A DNA stretch of 64,000 nt. Origin: Bdellovibrionales bacterium. GTDB taxonomy: Bacteria > Bdellovibrionota > Bdellovibrionia > Bdellovibrionales > UBA1609. Of this stretch, positions 61,793-64,000 are shown in pieces. Each line of letters opens with the position of its first letter. Position 1 is the first letter of the stretch. The position numbers and the translations under genes are program-made. A model generated the notes under the pieces. The model saw only the letters and a program-made list of their open reading frames with translations. It was not told the DNA's origin and made no database searches. The stretch is taken from positions 288,001 through 352,000 of the forward strand of contig CBDCMT010000001.1 in NCBI GenBank assembly GCA_965219095.1. The letters run 5' to 3'.

Positions 61793-64000
61793 TTATTGGT
61801 ATTTAGTAAAAGATTCTATAAGGTTTTGGAAGTTACTAGGTCGATATTTTTTGAAGCTTTCTTCATCAACAAAAATAAAGCTCCATTTAGTGGAAAATCC
61901 CTGATTGTTTATGTCTTTGCACCATTGTTTGAGGCGGCTTAATTTCAATGGATCATTTAAGTCTTCTCTCCCTTTAGTTTCTATGACAAATGCTTCTTTA
62001 TCAGTTCTTTTGACTAAAAAATCGGGATAATAGTTCCTTATACTGTCCTCATTATCAACATAATCAAGTTTAAAGTTTAGGGCAAAGTAGAGCTTTGTAT
62101 AAGAAATTATGTCGTCACAACTTTCTAAAAAGGCTGCAAATTCATTTTCAAGCTTATTATCTCCTGCAATCTTATTAAAAATACTTTTTTTAGGGATAAT
62201 GCACTCCTTTTCTTTGCTTATGAAGGGACGAGTTTTAATTAGCTCAATATGATGGCCACTCAATTCAGCAGTCTCTTTTTCCTTTACAGTTAAGGAATTT
62301 ATCTCTTTCTTAAATGTCTCAATAATTGTCTTTGTGACATTAATTTCTGATAGGTTTAAAACTGTCTTTCTTTCTTCTAAATCTACAGGATTTTCAAAGA
62401 GCTGTTCCCTCACAAACTCTTTAACCTTTCCATAAATAATATGATAGCCACTTACAAGCCTCAGTTCTTTCATGATAGTATTTGCAAAAAAACCTAAAGC
62501 ACTGCTGGCATCAATTTCACTGCCATCTAAAATAGTTGTATGGGAATAAGGTTCTTCATTTTCTTTTTTGACCATGTATTTAAAATGTATTTCTCTTGTT
62601 TCAGAATCTTCTAGTTTCTTTAACTTACATTTAGTAAATTTAAATTTACTAGGTGCGAGAAGAGAAAGGTCTTTATGATCCCTAAAAGTTCTTGGTGTTA
62701 AAACTGGTATATTGATATCTAGTTTTAGCAGATCTTTATTGGGGTTTTGTTCATCAACTTCAATAATAATGGGGCACTTTGGCTCAGTTTTATCTCCCAT
62801 TTCCTCTATTTTAAGCTTTACTCCCTCCTTTTCAACACTCTCTACAAACTCCATGAATGCAGGGGTTCCGATTACACTTACTTTTTCCTCAGCATCAGGG
62901 TTTTCTCTATACATTAACCTTAAACCTCGTCCCAAAGCTTGTTCTGGCAAGATATTGCTTTTTGAACTATACGCTCTCAAACCTACAATGGTAGTAACAT
63001 TTTTAACATCCCACCCCTCTTTTAAAACTAAAACAGAAACAATAGCCTTATAAGGGCTTTCAAGACTATCAATTTTATTGGCCTGTTCTCTTAACTTATC
63101 GAGTTCCTCTTTTTTCTTCCCACTTTGAGCCTCTGAAATTTCTCCATTGTTTTTAGTATGAATTGCCAAAACAGCACCCTTTAAATAGGAATAGGTATTT
63201 TCAAGGTAGGAAGCTACATCATCACAATTTCTAGTATCATCTGTCATGATAAAAAGTATGGATTTTTTATTAAGCTTTATATTTTCATCATAAGCTTTTT
63301 TCCATTCAATAACCCCAAGGTTTATAAAATCAGCGTACTTTTCTACATACTTTGAAGTTTTCTTTTCTTTAAGTTTTTTTCTACTCTCTTTATCAGGAAG
63401 AACTGGATGTTTTACTATGTTTTGAGCAATAGCTTCAACTAAGGGATAGTCTGCAATTGTTTGTATAAAAATTGAACCATTATTATGCTTTGGAGTTGCT
63501 GTTACATCAATTTGCATGGATAAAAATTTATCTTTTTGGACGAGCCTATTATGAATGTCCTCAATAGATTTAAACCAAGCCTTTTTAGGATCATGAATAT
63601 GATGAGCTTCATCATTAATAACAACAAGTTCATCAATGTCTCTAACAATATCACCTAAATCTACTGTTGAATCTGTGGTTTTTGCAACTGGTTTACCTCC
63701 TAAAAAATATGCAGTAGTGTCCTCGTCATCAAAAGAAGCAGGGATGTTATCACTAGAGTAAACCCTATGAATGTTTGTTAAAAAAACATTGCCATATTCT
63801 TTAACATTTCTAATCTCATCTTGAATATGAAGGGTTGGTTGAAAATCATTTTGCCAATTTCTTCCATTGTGTCCATTTCTAGGAAGAATAGGATCATTAT
63901 AAAAAATTTTAAACCCATCAAAGTCTGATCTCAATCTATCTAACACAATTATATTAGGAGCGATTAAAAGAAAGTTTCTTGCAAGTTCTGAGTGTTCTTC
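61793..64000 (-). CDS. Type III restriction enzyme Res subunit (5' end beyond the window)
   Basis: NDEAHH, TATP, LKEGWD, EQALGRGLR, YYPDFLV..IETKG. Confidence 0.9.
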   Translation of the reverse strand, partial: EEHSELARNFLLIAPNIIVLDRLRSDFDGFKIFYNDPILPRNGHNGRNWQNDFQPTLHIQDEIRNVKEYGNVFLTNIHRVYSSDNIPASFDDEDTTAYFLGGKPVAKTTDSTVDLGDIVRDIDELVVINDEAHHIHDPKKAWFKSIEDIHNRLVQKDKFLSMQIDVTATPKHNNGSIFIQTIADYPLVEAIAQNIVKHPVLPDKESRKKLKEKKTSKYVEKYADFINLGVIEWKKAYDENIKLNKKSILFIMTDDTRNCDDVASYLENTYSYLKGAVLAIHTKNNGEISEAQSGKKKEELDKLREQANKIDSLESPYKAIVSVLVLKEGWDVKNVTTIVGLRAYSSKSNILPEQALGRGLRLMYRENPDAEEKVSVIGTPAFMEFVESVEKEGVKLKIEEMGDKTEPKCPIIIEVDEQNPNKDLLKLDINIPVLTPRTFRDHKDLSLLAPSKFKFTKCKLKKLEDSETREIHFKYMVKKENEEPYSHTTILDGSEIDASSALGFFANTIMKELRLVSGYHIIYGKVKEFVREQLFENPVDLEERKTVLNLSEINVTKTIIETFKKEINSLTVKEKETAELSGHHIELIKTRPFISKEKECIIPKKSIFNKIAGDNKLENEFAAFLESCDDIISYTKLYFALNFKLDYVDNEDSIRNYYPDFLVKRTDKEAFVIETKGREDLNDPLKLSRLKQWCKDINNQGFSTKWSFIFVDEESFKKYRPSNFQNLIESFTKYQ

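Larger units (their letters stand above)
51150..64000 (-). mobile_element. Integrative mobilisable/conjugative element at tRNA-Met (right boundary outside the window)
   Basis: Recombinase at the tRNA 3' end, relaxase, T4CP, VirB8/VirB10-like genes and RM cargo, all on the minus strand. Confidence 0.85.

Overview
AT-rich bacterial window, probably from a host-associated Bdellovibrionota-like organism (inferred from gene content, not proven), with two regimes. Positions 1-51.1 kb are housekeeping islands (fusA paralog, HU-pfkA, ABC-2 exporter, thrS-infC, fbaB-lysS-pgpH-like-ybeY, msrA, tRNA-Met). These are separated by nested and decayed IS clusters of about 11 families (ISL3, IS5, IS630, IS110, IS3, IS256, IS982, IS66, IS1634, ISAzo13, IS481) that cover roughly half of that DNA. 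Positions 51.2 kb to the window end are an IS-free integrative element at the 3' end of tRNA-Met. It carries a large serine recombinase whose ORF ends inside the tRNA anticodon, small accessory genes with two strong non-coding fold-back structures, a MOBC/Replic_Relax-type relaxase, a type IV coupling protein, VirB10- and VirB8-like genes, a secreted trypsin-like protease with 15 near-identical Sel1 repeats, and a type III restriction subunit. The best candidates for new biology are an IS110-type element with a structured leader fused three times to the same IS630 terminal repeat, and the minimal mobilisation island with its hairpin-controlled accessory genes. All calls come from reading the sequence; no searches were run.
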